NCBI GenBank assembly: GCA_965215505.1 | Contig: OZ244065.1 | Location: 960,001-1,024,000, forward strand | Direction of reading: 5' to 3' | DNA length: 64,000 nt | Source: Capsulimonadaceae bacterium | GTDB lineage: Bacteria > Armatimonadota > Armatimonadia > Armatimonadales > Capsulimonadaceae | In this document: in pieces, positions 9,180-19,090 of the stretch | Numbering within the stretch: position 1 is the stretch's first letter | Layout of the letters: every line of letters starts with the position of its first letter | Position numbers and translations under genes: made by a program | The notes under the pieces: generated by a model | What the model saw: only the letters and a program-made list of their open reading frames with translations | Told to the model about the DNA's origin: nothing | The model's database searches: none

Positions 9180-9542
9180 CTAGTCGCAGCCGAGACGCTG
9201 CGGCAGGGCCGTCAGGGCGAACGCCGACGGGTCGGTGTCGTCCGCGACCTGGTTGTAGAGGCTGACCGCCGCGCGGGTGTTCTGACGCCACCGGGCCGCC
9301 TCGGGTGCCGTCCGGGCCAGCCGCAGATGCCGGCGGCAGCGCGCGCAGCTCCGGTACTGACAGCGCAGCAGGGTGAGGCGGGTCGCGTTATAGGCGGCGG
9401 GCTTTGGCTGTCGCCCCTCCCCGATCTCGGCGGAGGAAAAGGCCGCCGGCCTCTGGACAGGGAGGGCGGCGACGCAAAACAGCAGGCTCAGACCGAGGCA
9501 GGGAACAATCAGGACGGAAATCAAAGGCGTCAGCTTGGACAT
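9180..9542 (-). CDS. Hypothetical membrane-anchored/secreted protein
   Basis: AAAGGAG RBS, hydrophobic N-terminus, fills the gap between deoC and recO. Confidence 0.55.
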   Translation of the reverse strand: MSKLTPLISVLIVPCLGLSLLFCVAALPVQRPAAFSSAEIGEGRQPKPAAYNATRLTLLRCQYRSCARCRRHLRLARTAPEAARWRQNTRAAVSLYNQVADDTDPSAFALTALPQRLGCD

Positions 9543-9610
9543 GGCGATCTCCTTTGTAATCTTCACTGCATAAACCATGCCAAGTAAATAGACGGGGGTA
9601 TAATTTCTTT

Positions 9611-10396
9611 ATGCCCGCGTACACCACCGACGCCGTCGTCCTGCGCCGCCTGCAATACGGCGAGACGGACAACATCCTGACCCTCTACTCGCCCGACAAG
9701 GGCCGCTTCTCGGCCATCGCCAAGGGCGCGCGCAAGGCCATCTCCCGGCTGTCCGGCGCGACCGAGGTCCTCACCTGCACCCGCTTCGGCCTGGCGACCG
9801 GCAAGTCGCTGGAGATCGTCACCCAGGTGGAGGTGCAGGAGTCGTTCAGCCACCTGCGCCAAGACCTGAACCGCCTCGCCCACGGCCTCTACCTCGCCGA
9901 CCTCGCAGACCACTCGGTCGAGGATCACGCCCCCAACCCCCTCCTGTACGACCTGCTGCTGACCGGCCTGCGCCAGACCCAGGCGCTGGACCCGCCCGAG
10001 CTTGCCGCCCGCTGGTTCGAAGTCCAGCTTCTCGGCGACCTCGGCTACGCCCCCAACCTTGCCGAGTGTACCGCCTGCCAGACACCCCTCCCCGGCGACT
10101 TTCCGCGCGACGAGGTGTTCGCCCTCTCCGCCGCGCTTGGCGGCGCGCTCTGCCCCCGCCACGCCCACCCCGAAGCCAACGAAGACCACAGCGGGCTGGG
10201 CATGGGTGCCCTGCGCCTCCTGCAAACACTGGAAAACCTGGGGGTAGAAGGCGGCGTTGCGCTGGCCGCCCTCCCCGCCGCCGGCCCGAAGAGTCTGGAC
10301 CAGGCGCGTCTCGCCCTGCGCCGCTCGTTGCGGTTCCGGCTGGAACGGGATCTGAAGAGCCTGGAGTTTCTGGACAGCCTGCGGTATAGCGCGTGA
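9611..10396 (+). CDS. recO: DNA repair protein RecO
   Basis: AVVLRR-YGETD, AIAKGARK, LGYAPNL-ECTAC, GGALCP. Confidence 0.95.
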   Translation: MPAYTTDAVVLRRLQYGETDNILTLYSPDKGRFSAIAKGARKAISRLSGATEVLTCTRFGLATGKSLEIVTQVEVQESFSHLRQDLNRLAHGLYLADLADHSVEDHAPNPLLYDLLLTGLRQTQALDPPELAARWFEVQLLGDLGYAPNLAECTACQTPLPGDFPRDEVFALSAALGGALCPRHAHPEANEDHSGLGMGALRLLQTLENLGVEGGVALAALPAAGPKSLDQARLALRRSLRFRLERDLKSLEFLDSLRYSA

Positions 10397-10420
10397 AGCA
10401 ACGAGGAGGGTCAAGGATGG

Positions 10421-10499
10421 GAGGGTCGGGGGACCCGACCCCTACAGGAATGGAGTCACTCGGGCCGTGTAGGGGCGGGGTCCCCCCACCCTCTTCTCC
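10421..10499. repeat. GTAG-type REP doublet
   Basis: ...GACCCGACCCCTAC and GTAGGGGCGGGGTCCCCCCACCCTCTTCTCC; near-identical to 28885-28916. Confidence 0.8.
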
Positions 10500-10593
10500 A
10501 TAACTGATATTACGCACTGTCTGCCGTCTTCCCCTGGTGTGATACCCCGGCGGAGTGAGCGGGCTGAGAACGGGCTGGGTGTAGGCTGAACAG

Positions 10594-10741
10594 GCCGAGT
10601 GGTTGAAAACCACTCGCTAGGAGAAGCGTTCTGCTAACGGAAATACGGGAACGGATGTCCCTGCCCGCGAGGGGCCACCTCGGAGCCATGTCCTGTGTCC
10701 GAAGGACACCTCTCCTAGCGAGTGGTTTTCAACCACTCGGC
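10594..10741. repeat. REPIN/MITE-like element with 31-bp perfect inverted arms
   Basis: GCCGAGTGGTTGAAAACCACTCGCTAGGAGA (10594-10624) and its reverse complement at 10711-10741. Confidence 0.9.
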
Positions 10742-10821
10742 TCGGAGCGGCACTCGGCACGGCACGGTACACGGCGCTGCGACGCCTGCGTAACATCAGT
10801 CCATAAAGCTACGCACCCCGC

Positions 10822-12336
10822 CTACTCATACCGCAGCGCCGTATCCCCCAGCACGATGGTATCCCCCGACGACAAAGGCCGCGCGTCGGCGACGCGGGAG
10901 CCGTTGATGAAGGTGCCGTTGGAGGAGCCGCCGTCGGCGAGCAGGTGGCGGCCGTCGGCATAGGTGATGCGGGCGTGGAGGCGGGAAATGGAGGTGTCGG
11001 CGGGGAGCGGGATGGTCTGCTCTGGCGCGCGGCCGATGGTGGCGGGGGCGTGGCTGAGGGGGAAGGACTGGCCGGAATACGGCCCCTGGACGCAGACGAG
11101 CCGTGTGCCCGCCCCGCCCATGCCAGGGCTGCTCATTGCCGGGCTGGTCATCGCCGTGCCGTTCAGACCACCGATGGCGGGTCCGCTCATGCCGGGGCTG
11201 AAAACGGTGGCGTCACTGACGGGGGCGGAACCCATCTGGGCGATGACGTCGTCGGGCGTGGTCAGGGGCGGGCGGGACGGGGTCGCCGAGGCACCGGCAA
11301 GCTCCTGGCCGACATAGCGCGGCGTTCCGGGCGGCGCAGCCTGACCCGATGCGGCGGCGGGGGCACCGGCCCCGGAGCGACGGGTGGCCTTCTCGTGGAA
11401 CAGCAATGTCCGCCGGCCGACCTGGATGGTATCGCCGTCGGCAAGCCACATCTCGTTCGCGACCGGCTGGCCGTTGACCAGGGGCGGCGCGTAGGTCGCC
11501 CCGCGCTTGCCCCCCTCGCCGACGAAGCGCAGGCGGTGCCGGTTCTGGGCGGGCAGCGACTCGATGGCGATGTGGGTGGGCGCGATCTCCGGGTCGCCGT
11601 ACAGCCCGATGTCGGACAGCTCGCCGCGCCCAACCGTCGTGATCGGCTTCGCGATCAAATACTCCTTGCCCTCGTTCTTCCCCAGAACGACCCGCACCCA
11701 GGCCTGCTTGAACAGGTTCTGGACGACCCCGATGAGGAACCCGGCCAGCGCGCCGACGGCGACCAGCGCGATCAGGCGGCTGAGGGGGGCGGGGAAGTCC
11801 AGCCCGTTCAGTATCTCGAAGGCGCTGCCGCCGAGGAACCCGCCGATCAGCCCGCCGAGCGCCCCCTGCCGGGCCACCAGGGCGGAACGGCTGACGATCC
11901 CCTGCGCCGCCCCGACGATGGCCCCGATGAGGGCGTACCCGAGCGCGCGGGCGAAAAGGAGGACGAAGAAGCGGCCCGGCGAGCTGACCTCCTCGCTGCC
12001 GCTGCCGACGATGACGCCGAACACGCTCTGGCCCAGCGACAGCCCCACCCAGCCCCCCACCGCCCCGATGCCCGCGCCCAGGGCGAGCGTCTGGATCAGG
12101 CGGCGCTGCGACCCGATGGACAGCGACTCGACGACGGCCAGCATCAGGCCCAGGAGGAGGCCGAACAGGGCGCCGTAGAGCAGGAACTTCGGGTCCCCGA
12201 ACAGCCCGGACACCACCATGCGGTGCGGCTGGAAGATCTCGGCGAACCAGCCCGTCAGGTCGGTCAGTATCCAGGCGAGGAAGCCCGCCAGGCCGCCGGC
12301 GAGCAGGTTGAGGAAGGATTTGCCTAGCAGGGACAT
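10822..12336 (-). CDS. Multi-pass membrane protein with two C-terminal FHA domains
   Basis: Gly-rich TM helices; VGRGELSDI and IGRAPEQ...ISRLHA...SSNGTFING FHA motifs. Confidence 0.88.
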   Translation of the reverse strand: MSLLGKSFLNLLAGGLAGFLAWILTDLTGWFAEIFQPHRMVVSGLFGDPKFLLYGALFGLLLGLMLAVVESLSIGSQRRLIQTLALGAGIGAVGGWVGLSLGQSVFGVIVGSGSEEVSSPGRFFVLLFARALGYALIGAIVGAAQGIVSRSALVARQGALGGLIGGFLGGSAFEILNGLDFPAPLSRLIALVAVGALAGFLIGVVQNLFKQAWVRVVLGKNEGKEYLIAKPITTVGRGELSDIGLYGDPEIAPTHIAIESLPAQNRHRLRFVGEGGKRGATYAPPLVNGQPVANEMWLADGDTIQVGRRTLLFHEKATRRSGAGAPAAASGQAAPPGTPRYVGQELAGASATPSRPPLTTPDDVIAQMGSAPVSDATVFSPGMSGPAIGGLNGTAMTSPAMSSPGMGGAGTRLVCVQGPYSGQSFPLSHAPATIGRAPEQTIPLPADTSISRLHARITYADGRHLLADGGSSNGTFINGSRVADARPLSSGDTIVLGDTALRYE

Positions 12337-12365
12337 CAGCGTCGGGCACCTTTCGGGTGTTTCAT

Positions 12366-13070
12366 TCAGACCTTTGTGGGGGCGAAAACGACGCGGGCCA
12401 CGTCGCGGAACTGGCGGGCGCGGTGGCGCAGGCCGTCCCAGTCGCCGCCCGTGACATTGTGGCGGAAGCCGGTCGCGACCTCCTGGACTCGGAAGCCCGC
12501 CCGGAGCGCCCGGACCGTCAGGTCCACCTCGACGCCGAAGCCCGGCGCGAACGTCCCGCCCAGCGCCTCCAGGACCTCGCGGCGCACGGCGCGCTGGCCC
12601 GAAAGCGGCTGCGTGAAGGTCCGCCCGGACTGCCGCTCGATGCCCCAGCGGGCGAGCCGGACCACCATCCCGCGCCCCCCCGACCGGCCCGTGGCGGCGA
12701 AGGCGGGGTCGGGCGGCAGCAGCCCGACCGTCATGTCCGCCTCGCCGCGCCTCAGCAGCGGCAGCAGCTTGACCGCCTCACCCGCCGTCGCGCCGAGGTC
12801 GGCGTCGAGCAGCAGGAAGACGTCCGCCCGGTCCCGCGCGGCGGCATAGGCGGCGGCCAGGGCCGCCCCCTTCCCGCCGTTCCTCTGCGTCAGCACCAGC
12901 GAAGCGCCCGCCGCCCGCGCCCGGTCCGCCGTGCCGTCCGTCGAGCCGTCGTCCAGCACGACGATCTCGCCGATCTCCGGGCGGGCGCACAGGGCCTGGA
13001 TCGTGACCCCGATCCGCTCGGCCTCGTTGTAGGCGGGCAGCAGGGCGCAGACCTTTATCGCTTCGCTCAT
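12366..13070 (-). CDS. GT2 glycosyltransferase
   Basis: LPAYNEA, LDDGSTDGT, GKGAAL, LDADL, PLSGQRA; ATGA overlap with upstream gene. Confidence 0.92.
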   Translation of the reverse strand: MSEAIKVCALLPAYNEAERIGVTIQALCARPEIGEIVVLDDGSTDGTADRARAAGASLVLTQRNGGKGAALAAAYAAARDRADVFLLLDADLGATAGEAVKLLPLLRRGEADMTVGLLPPDPAFAATGRSGGRGMVVRLARWGIERQSGRTFTQPLSGQRAVRREVLEALGGTFAPGFGVEVDLTVRALRAGFRVQEVATGFRHNVTGGDWDGLRHRARQFRDVARVVFAPTKV

Positions 13071-13933
13071 GGGCCGGCCACCGTGGTCAGCGAGTCCGGG
13101 AGTGGCTGCTTGGCGGTCGCTTTCAGGCCATAGTCGCCCTTCTCGCCGCGCAGGGCGAACGGCAACGCGAGCTGGCCCAGCGGCAAATCTATACAATCCA
13201 CGGTCGCGATGCCCGCGCCCTGAAAAGCGGGGATGGACGACGACGCGGCCCCGAGCGGCTCGCAGCCGATTAGGGTGACCGGGGCCGCGTTCGCCTTGAA
13301 ACCGTCCAGCAGCGGCCCATCCAGGGCGTCGCCCACCGCTTCATCGTTCTTGCCGCCGACCAGGACGAAGAGGGTACAGGGCTGCGAAAGGTCGCCGGAC
13401 TCGGTGAGGAGGTTCTGCCCTTGCAGCGCCTCCAGCGTGGCCGCCCCCTCGCTCCCCGCCGTCAGCGCCGCCGCCAGGGCGGCCAGCAGGGCCTTATCCT
13501 GACTCGCGGCGTCGGCGGGGTCGGCGAGGGCGGAGAGCGCCTGCCGCTGTCTTGGGAGCAGCGCGCCCCACTTGTCGGTCAGGACGACCGTGGCGGCGAC
13601 CATCCCTCCCGCATCGGTGACGGCCTTGTTCGCCGCCCCGTCGGCCTCCGCATAGTCCCCCGTCTGAATCACGATGACCCGCTTGCCGGCCAGCCTGCCC
13701 CGGACGAGCGCGGGCTGGAGCGAGGCCAGCGCGGCCTCGTCCTTCACGGAGCGGCCCCGCGCGAGGTCGCGGTCCTGGGCGACTTTATTGGCCGCCACGC
13801 GCAGGTTCGCGATCGCGCCGGCCTGCTGGCGGACCTGGGCCGGGCCGATGATCGAGGCCCCGATGAGGATGCCGAAGCCCAGCATCAGGAACATCAGGCC
13901 CAGATAGAAAATATGGTAGCGGACGTCCAGCAT
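13067..13933 (-). CDS. SteB/MctB-like (DUF3186) protein
   Basis: MLDVRYHI...FLMLGFGILIG, LVRGRLAGKRV, IATVDCID-PLGQLAL, GDYGLKATA. Confidence 0.8.
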   Translation of the reverse strand: MLDVRYHIFYLGLMFLMLGFGILIGASIIGPAQVRQQAGAIANLRVAANKVAQDRDLARGRSVKDEAALASLQPALVRGRLAGKRVIVIQTGDYAEADGAANKAVTDAGGMVAATVVLTDKWGALLPRQRQALSALADPADAASQDKALLAALAAALTAGSEGAATLEALQGQNLLTESGDLSQPCTLFVLVGGKNDEAVGDALDGPLLDGFKANAAPVTLIGCEPLGAASSSIPAFQGAGIATVDCIDLPLGQLALPFALRGEKGDYGLKATAKQPLPDSLTTVAGP

Positions 13934-13960
13934 AAGTCAATCAAGTGGCCCGAGGCGCGC

Positions 13961-15139
13961 TCACCAGTGCAGCCGCCACCAGAGGCGGATCAGGTCGGTC
14001 ATGTTCTTCCAAATGGGCGAGTACGAGAGGACCATGATGAACGGGAACATCAGGCACAGCAGCAGGGCGATGAAGTAGCCGAAGGGCGGCTTCGGCTGGT
14101 AGATCTTGCCGACGCCCCGCGCATCCACCAGGCGCGTCCCGACTTTGAGGCGCACCAGGTAGGTACTCGCCATGCCCGCCCGGCCTTTGTCCAGAAAATC
14201 TTCCAGGTTGGAGTGCGTCCCGACCGCGACGATCAGGTCCGCGCCGTGTTCATAGGCCAGCAGCAGGGCGGCGTCCTCGCTGGTCCCCGGCACGGCGAAC
14301 AGGTCCGACTCCAGGCCCAAAGCCCGCACCCGTTCCCGGCCGGGCGCGTCGCCGTTCTTGTAGGCGTGGACGATGATCTGCGCCCCGCAGCGCAGGGCGT
14401 CATCGGAGACGCTGTCCATGTCCCCCAGAATCACATCGGGGCGGCGGCCGATCTCAAGCAGAGCGTCCGCGCCGCCGTCCACGGCGATGACGACCGGCCG
14501 CAGGTCTTGCAGGTAGCCGCTCAGGGTCGCCAGGTCTTCCTTGTACCCCTCGCCGCGCACGACGACGAGGGCGTGACGTCCGGCCATCCTGACGCGGCGC
14601 AGGGCGGGGACGTCCGTCGGGTCGAGCAGCAGGTCTTTGTCGGCGTCAAGGTACTGGAGCGTGTTGCGGGCGAACTTCTCCAGCTCGCTCCCCAGGTTGG
14701 CCCGTGCCGCCGCCGTCACGCCCGCGACCCGCGCCTCGTCCCAAGGGAGGAGCGCGTCCACCAGCCGCTCGTCCTGGAACAGCCCCCCGCTGCCATCAAT
14801 GGCGAGCGACGCCCCCTCGCGCAGACGGGCGAACTGGGCCGGCTCGGAGAGCTGGAACATGGGCACATTGGCCGCCAGGAGTACGGCCGGGCCGCGGTTG
14901 GGGTACTTGCCGCTGATGAACGGCTGGGCGTTGACCACTGCGCTCACATGGGCGTCAGCCAAGGCGCGCGCCGCCAGGGCGTCAAGGTCCGCGTGGTCAA
15001 TGACGGCGACCGCGCCGGGCCGCAGCCGCTTGACCAGGTTTTTCGTGCGCCGGTCACAGAGGGCAGGCCCCGACAGCCGGTTCGGACTTGGCAGCCGGTT
15101 TGAACTTGTGGGTGTGGAAGTGGGACGGACTAGCGCCAC
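13961..15139 (-). CDS. steA: SteA-like protein (thiamine pyrophosphokinase-like domain)
   Basis: DRRTKNLVKRLRPG, ISGKYPNRGP, VDGGADALL, GDMDSVSD, GTSEDAA, FLDKGRAGMAST; GTG after GAGGAG. Confidence 0.85.
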   Translation of the reverse strand: MALVRPTSTPTSSNRLPSPNRLSGPALCDRRTKNLVKRLRPGAVAVIDHADLDALAARALADAHVSAVVNAQPFISGKYPNRGPAVLLAANVPMFQLSEPAQFARLREGASLAIDGSGGLFQDERLVDALLPWDEARVAGVTAAARANLGSELEKFARNTLQYLDADKDLLLDPTDVPALRRVRMAGRHALVVVRGEGYKEDLATLSGYLQDLRPVVIAVDGGADALLEIGRRPDVILGDMDSVSDDALRCGAQIIVHAYKNGDAPGRERVRALGLESDLFAVPGTSEDAALLLAYEHGADLIVAVGTHSNLEDFLDKGRAGMASTYLVRLKVGTRLVDARGVGKIYQPKPPFGYFIALLLCLMFPFIMVLSYSPIWKNMTDLIRLWWRLHW

Positions 15140-15243
15140 GTTTGTTGCTCTCTCCTCCGCCTCAGTATAGCACAAAGCGCGGCAACTGTGTAGAGGGACA
15201 CGGGGAGGATGCGGAGCAGGGCGGGACGTGTCATAATGGGCAT

Positions 15244-16026
15244 ATGACACCTGAATTCGTGGACACGCACTGCCACCTGAACCATGAAGACTTCGACGCC
15301 GACCGGGAGGAAGCGCACGCGCGGGCGACGGCGGCCGGGGTGACGCGCCTGCTGTGCATCGGCTACGACCGGGCGAGCAGCCGCAGCGCGGTCGCCCTGA
15401 CTGGGGATGCGGGCGTTTACGCTGCCGTCGGCATCCATCCCGAGTCGGCGGGAGAATGGGGCGCGGAGGCGGCACAAGAAATGGCGGCGCTGTACCGGGA
15501 GGGGGCGGGCCGGGTTGCGGCCTATGGCGAGATCGGGCTGGACTACCACTGGGACACCGTCCCGCGTGGGCGTCAGCAGGAGGTCTTCGCCGCACAGATC
15601 GCGCTGGCGTGGAGCCTTTCCCCCACCCTGCCCCTGATCATCCACAACCGCGAGGCGCAGGAGGACATATTAGCCACCCTGCGCGCCTCGAAAACGCCCG
15701 CACCCATCGTCATGCACTGCTTCACCGGCGACACGGACGCGGCGCGGGCGTGTCTGGATGCGGGCTGCTATCTGGGGATCGGCGGGGTGGCGACGTTCAA
15801 GAAGTCGGACGCCGTCCGCGCCGCCGTCGCCTACGCGCCCCTGGAGCGGCTGCTGCTGGAAACCGACTGCCCGTACCTCGCCCCGCAGTTCAGGCGCGGG
15901 CGGCGCAACGAGCCGTCCTACCTTCCCGCCGTCGCCGAGACGGTCGCCGCCGCTCGGGGCCTGACCGTGGAGGAGGTCGCAGCCATGACCACGGCGACCG
16001 CCCGGTCACTCTTCGGGATGACGTGA
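15244..16026 (+). CDS. tatD: TatD-family hydrolase
   Basis: DTHCHL, VGIHP, GEIGLDYH, IIHNREA, MHCFTG, ETDCPYLAP. Confidence 0.95.
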   Translation: MTPEFVDTHCHLNHEDFDADREEAHARATAAGVTRLLCIGYDRASSRSAVALTGDAGVYAAVGIHPESAGEWGAEAAQEMAALYREGAGRVAAYGEIGLDYHWDTVPRGRQQEVFAAQIALAWSLSPTLPLIIHNREAQEDILATLRASKTPAPIVMHCFTGDTDAARACLDAGCYLGIGGVATFKKSDAVRAAVAYAPLERLLLETDCPYLAPQFRRGRRNEPSYLPAVAETVAAARGLTVEEVAAMTTATARSLFGMT

Positions 16027-16058
16027 GCGACTCCCGCCCTCGTGGGCTGGATATGTTT

Positions 16059-16144
16059 GTAGGGGCGCCGCTTGCCGCACCCTCTTGTCCTGCCGCGCCC
16101 CCAGAACAGGACCATAAAGAGGGCGCGGCAAGCGGCGCCCCTAC
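16059..16144. repeat. GTAG-type REP inverted pair
   Basis: GTAGGGGCGCCGCTTGCCGCACCCTCTT...AAGAGGGCGCGGCAAGCGGCGCCCCTAC. Confidence 0.85.
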
Positions 16145-16157
16145 GGTCCGGGTCAGT

Positions 16158-16670
16158 TCATCGTGGTTCGTTCGGGGAGCGCATCAGCAAAGTCTCCAGA
16201 GTGGCCCCGATGCCCGAGGCCAGTGCCAGCAGGACGAGCAGCCAGCCCACGAACGGGACGCCGGAGGCCAGCAGCAGGACCCACAGCCCAAGCCGCAGGG
16301 TGGGCAGAGTCTCCATGTCCATCGTGGAAAGCGCGTCGGTCAGGCGCAGGCCCAGCGACAGGGCGGCCACCCCCAGCCCCAGGCTTGCCAGCGCCAGGCC
16401 GGACGCCAGTACGGCGACGCCCAGCAGCGCCAGCACATGCGTTTTGAACAGGACCCCGCAGAGGATCAGGACAAGCAGCGCGGCGGCCATCCCCCAGAGC
16501 GTCGGCACCCCGCGCCCGCCGTCGAGCCGGGCCGCCGCCCGCTCGCCCAAGTTTGCCAGCGGCGCGGCCCTCCCGAGCAGCAGGCCCAGCAAGCCCAGAG
16601 CGCAGAGGCCCGCGATCAGGAGCAGGACGACGACGGGGCCGCCCAGGAACAGGCGCTCGGAAGGATTTAT
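16158..16670 (-). CDS. Membrane protein, probable ATA start
   Basis: Hydrophobic ORF extends upstream to an ATA overlapping the anti-sigma TAA; AGGAG 6 nt upstream; PFVGW motif. Confidence 0.75.
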   Translation of the reverse strand: MNPSERLFLGGPVVVLLLIAGLCALGLLGLLLGRAAPLANLGERAAARLDGGRGVPTLWGMAAALLVLILCGVLFKTHVLALLGVAVLASGLALASLGLGVAALSLGLRLTDALSTMDMETLPTLRLGLWVLLLASGVPFVGWLLVLLALASGIGATLETLLMRSPNEPR

Positions 16671-17209
16671 GACAGGCTCCTCTGCGCCTGCCGCGCCCGG
16701 ACGCAGAACATCGCGTTCACGGTGACGGCCCCCAGCAACGCGGCCCAGGCCCAGGAGGGCACGGGGACGCCCGCCGTCAGCGCGGCCCAGATCGTGGAGG
16801 CGTCGGTCGGGACGCCGTGCAGGTTGGAAAGCAGCCAGCCCGGCGTCTGCCGAGCCGCCACGCCCACGGTGTCCAGGCCAGGCAGCAGAAGCCCCGGCAG
16901 CAGGGCGAGGAGGACGACCAGCAGGACCGTCGCCGCCAGAGGCAGCCAGACCGGGGTGCGAGCGGGCAGTGAGGCCGGGCGAGCGGCGATCCGCGCCAGC
17001 ACATCGGCGGTGAACTTCTCACCGGGATCGTCTTGGGGCAGTGGCCGCGCCCAGCGGCCCGCCGCGCGGGCCAGGGTCCGCTGCGCGTCCCATTCCCGGC
17101 AGCAGGCCGCACAACCCGCCACATGGTTATCCAGCCGCGCCCGCTCGTCCGGCGTCAGCAGGCCGTCCAGCGACTTCAGGACTTCCTCTTGGCACGATTG
17201 GCAGTTCAT
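16667..17209 (-). CDS. Zinc-binding (zf-HC2) transmembrane anti-sigma factor
   Basis: MNC...LDG-L...HVAGCAAC; two TM segments; ATGA overlap with the ECF gene. Confidence 0.88.
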   Translation of the reverse strand: MNCQSCQEEVLKSLDGLLTPDERARLDNHVAGCAACCREWDAQRTLARAAGRWARPLPQDDPGEKFTADVLARIAARPASLPARTPVWLPLAATVLLVVLLALLPGLLLPGLDTVGVAARQTPGWLLSNLHGVPTDASTIWAALTAGVPVPSWAWAALLGAVTVNAMFCVRARQAQRSLS

Positions 17210-17796
17210 GGGTGCATATACTCCGAGAGCGCGGCGCGCAGGTGAGCACGGGCGCGGAACAGGTGCGTCTTGACGGTGCCCAGCGGGACGCCGACGGCAG
17301 CGGCGATCTCCTCATAGGAGAGGTCGTCCAAATGGCGCAGCAGGAACACTGCCCGCAGTTTAGGCGGCAGGGCGGCGACGGCGGCCGACAGCCGTTGCTC
17401 GCCCTCCTCGGTCAGCAGAGCCTCCACGGGGTCCCCGCCCACAAACGCCGGCTCGGGAACCGCCGCAATCTCCACTAGGGCCGGACGCCGCGACTGTGCG
17501 CGCAGCCGATCCAAGCAACGGTTGACTGCGATGCGGTACAGCCAGGGGCGGAACGGCTCGCCGGGCCGGAACGAATGGCGCTTGTCGTAGGCGGCGACGA
17601 ACGCCTCCTGCGCGACATCCTCCGCCTCGTCGGGCGACTGCGCGGCCAGCATCCGCCGGGCGAGGGCGACGACGCGGGTGCGGTAGCGCGTCACCAGCAC
17701 GCCGAAGGCGGCGACATCCCCGGTCGCGCGGACGCGCTCGGCCAGCGCCTCGTCGCCCGCTTCCTCCCGCGCCGCGTCTTGTCGGCTGCCCGCCAT
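17206..17796 (-). CDS. ECF RNA polymerase sigma factor
   Basis: AEDVAQEAF, WLYRIAVNRCLD, LSYEEIA, GTVKTHLFRAR; start could also be 17835. Confidence 0.93.
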   Translation of the reverse strand: MAGSRQDAAREEAGDEALAERVRATGDVAAFGVLVTRYRTRVVALARRMLAAQSPDEAEDVAQEAFVAAYDKRHSFRPGEPFRPWLYRIAVNRCLDRLRAQSRRPALVEIAAVPEPAFVGGDPVEALLTEEGEQRLSAAVAALPPKLRAVFLLRHLDDLSYEEIAAAVGVPLGTVKTHLFRARAHLRAALSEYMHP

Positions 17797-17827
17797 GCGC
17801 GTGATGATACCCGAGACTAGGGCCTGT

Positions 17828-19087
17828 TCAGGCATGGACCACACCCACGGGGGCCGGGGCCAGGCCGGGGAAGATCGCCCCGGCGTTCGGGTTCTGGAGG
17901 CGGTGCGTGATGACCTCCGCCAGCACGGCCCGGTAGTCGGTCGTCACCTTGAGGTCCCCCGGCCCGTCAAGCTGTCCGGGGGCGAGGCCGGGCCACTTCC
18001 CGTGGACCTTCCCGCCCACGACATGACCGCCCAGAACGAGCATGACGCCCGCCCGGCCGTGGTCGGTGCCCAGGCCGCTGTTCTCCGCCACGCGCCGCCC
18101 GAACTCGGACATGACCACGACCGTCGTCCGCCCCCAGCGCGCCGGCCCCAGATCGGCGGCGAAGGCGGCCAGCGCCCCCGCCAGGCTTTGCAGCCTGCCC
18201 GCCAGGACGCCCTGTGAGGTCCCCTGCACGACATGGGTGTCATAGCCGCCGTGGTCCAGGCAGGCCGCCTCCAGCCCGACTTCGCTCTTCATCAGCAGGG
18301 CGACCTGACGCAGCCCTTCCCCCAGGTCGTCTTTGGGGTAGCCGCTCCTGGCGGGCGAGAGCATGGCGGGCGGCAGTCCGTTCAGGGTCTTCAGCACCGA
18401 CAGCGCCTCCGAGCCGGCTTCGGCCAGGGCGTCTTTAGAATACAGGCCCGCTAGGGTCTGCTCGAAGCGGTCCGCTCCGCCGTGGAACGGCGATTGGAGC
18501 CGCAGGTCGCCGACGCTTTCCAGCGAGGTGGCTTGGCTCGCCCCACGCAATGACTGCGGCAGGAGGCTCCCCAAGGCGACCGCGCGCAGCGGGGAAGGGT
18601 TCACCCAGGGCGCGGTTTCCAGGTGCCGCGCCAGCCAGCCCGAGGCAGGCCCGGTGTCCCGCGCGACGCCGCGCTCCATGGTCGCCATCGCTTCAAAGTG
18701 CGAGAGCGTCTGGTCGTCCGAGCCGCAGGCGTGGATCATCGCCATCTGCCCCGCCGCGTGCAGGGGCATCAGGGCCGCGAGGGCCGGGTGCAGGCCGAAA
18801 TAGCCGTCAATGTCCAGAACCCGGTCCTGCGGTTTGGTCTTTGCGTCCCCAGGCCGCGCCAAAGCCAGCACGGGCCGGTTGCGGTAGTAGTCGTCATCCC
18901 CGTGCGGGACGATGACGCTCAGGCCGTCCACGCCGCCGCGCAGGAAGATCGAGACCAGCGTGTCGCCGCCCGCCCCCTGGCGCCGCGAGCGGACCGTGAC
19001 GCCGGCCAGCGCGCTGCGCCGCCCCGCCGCCCAGCCCAGGGCGGAAAGCGCGCCCAAGGCGAATAATCCTCGTCGTGTCGTTTGCAT
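17828..19087 (-). CDS. DUF1501-family protein, Tat signal
   Basis: TRRGLF, FLRGGVDGLS, FGLHP, SHFEA, GYDTH, SEFGRR-ENS-GTDHG, TTDYR. Confidence 0.9.
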   Translation of the reverse strand: MQTTRRGLFALGALSALGWAAGRRSALAGVTVRSRRQGAGGDTLVSIFLRGGVDGLSVIVPHGDDDYYRNRPVLALARPGDAKTKPQDRVLDIDGYFGLHPALAALMPLHAAGQMAMIHACGSDDQTLSHFEAMATMERGVARDTGPASGWLARHLETAPWVNPSPLRAVALGSLLPQSLRGASQATSLESVGDLRLQSPFHGGADRFEQTLAGLYSKDALAEAGSEALSVLKTLNGLPPAMLSPARSGYPKDDLGEGLRQVALLMKSEVGLEAACLDHGGYDTHVVQGTSQGVLAGRLQSLAGALAAFAADLGPARWGRTTVVVMSEFGRRVAENSGLGTDHGRAGVMLVLGGHVVGGKVHGKWPGLAPGQLDGPGDLKVTTDYRAVLAEVITHRLQNPNAGAIFPGLAPAPVGVVHA

Positions 19088-19090
19088 ATT

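Noticed and set aside
10530-10592. GGGCTGAGA resembling a TPP riboswitch
   Set aside because: The downstream ACCTGA/AATGC/GCG-AGG core is absent, and it lies between convergent genes.
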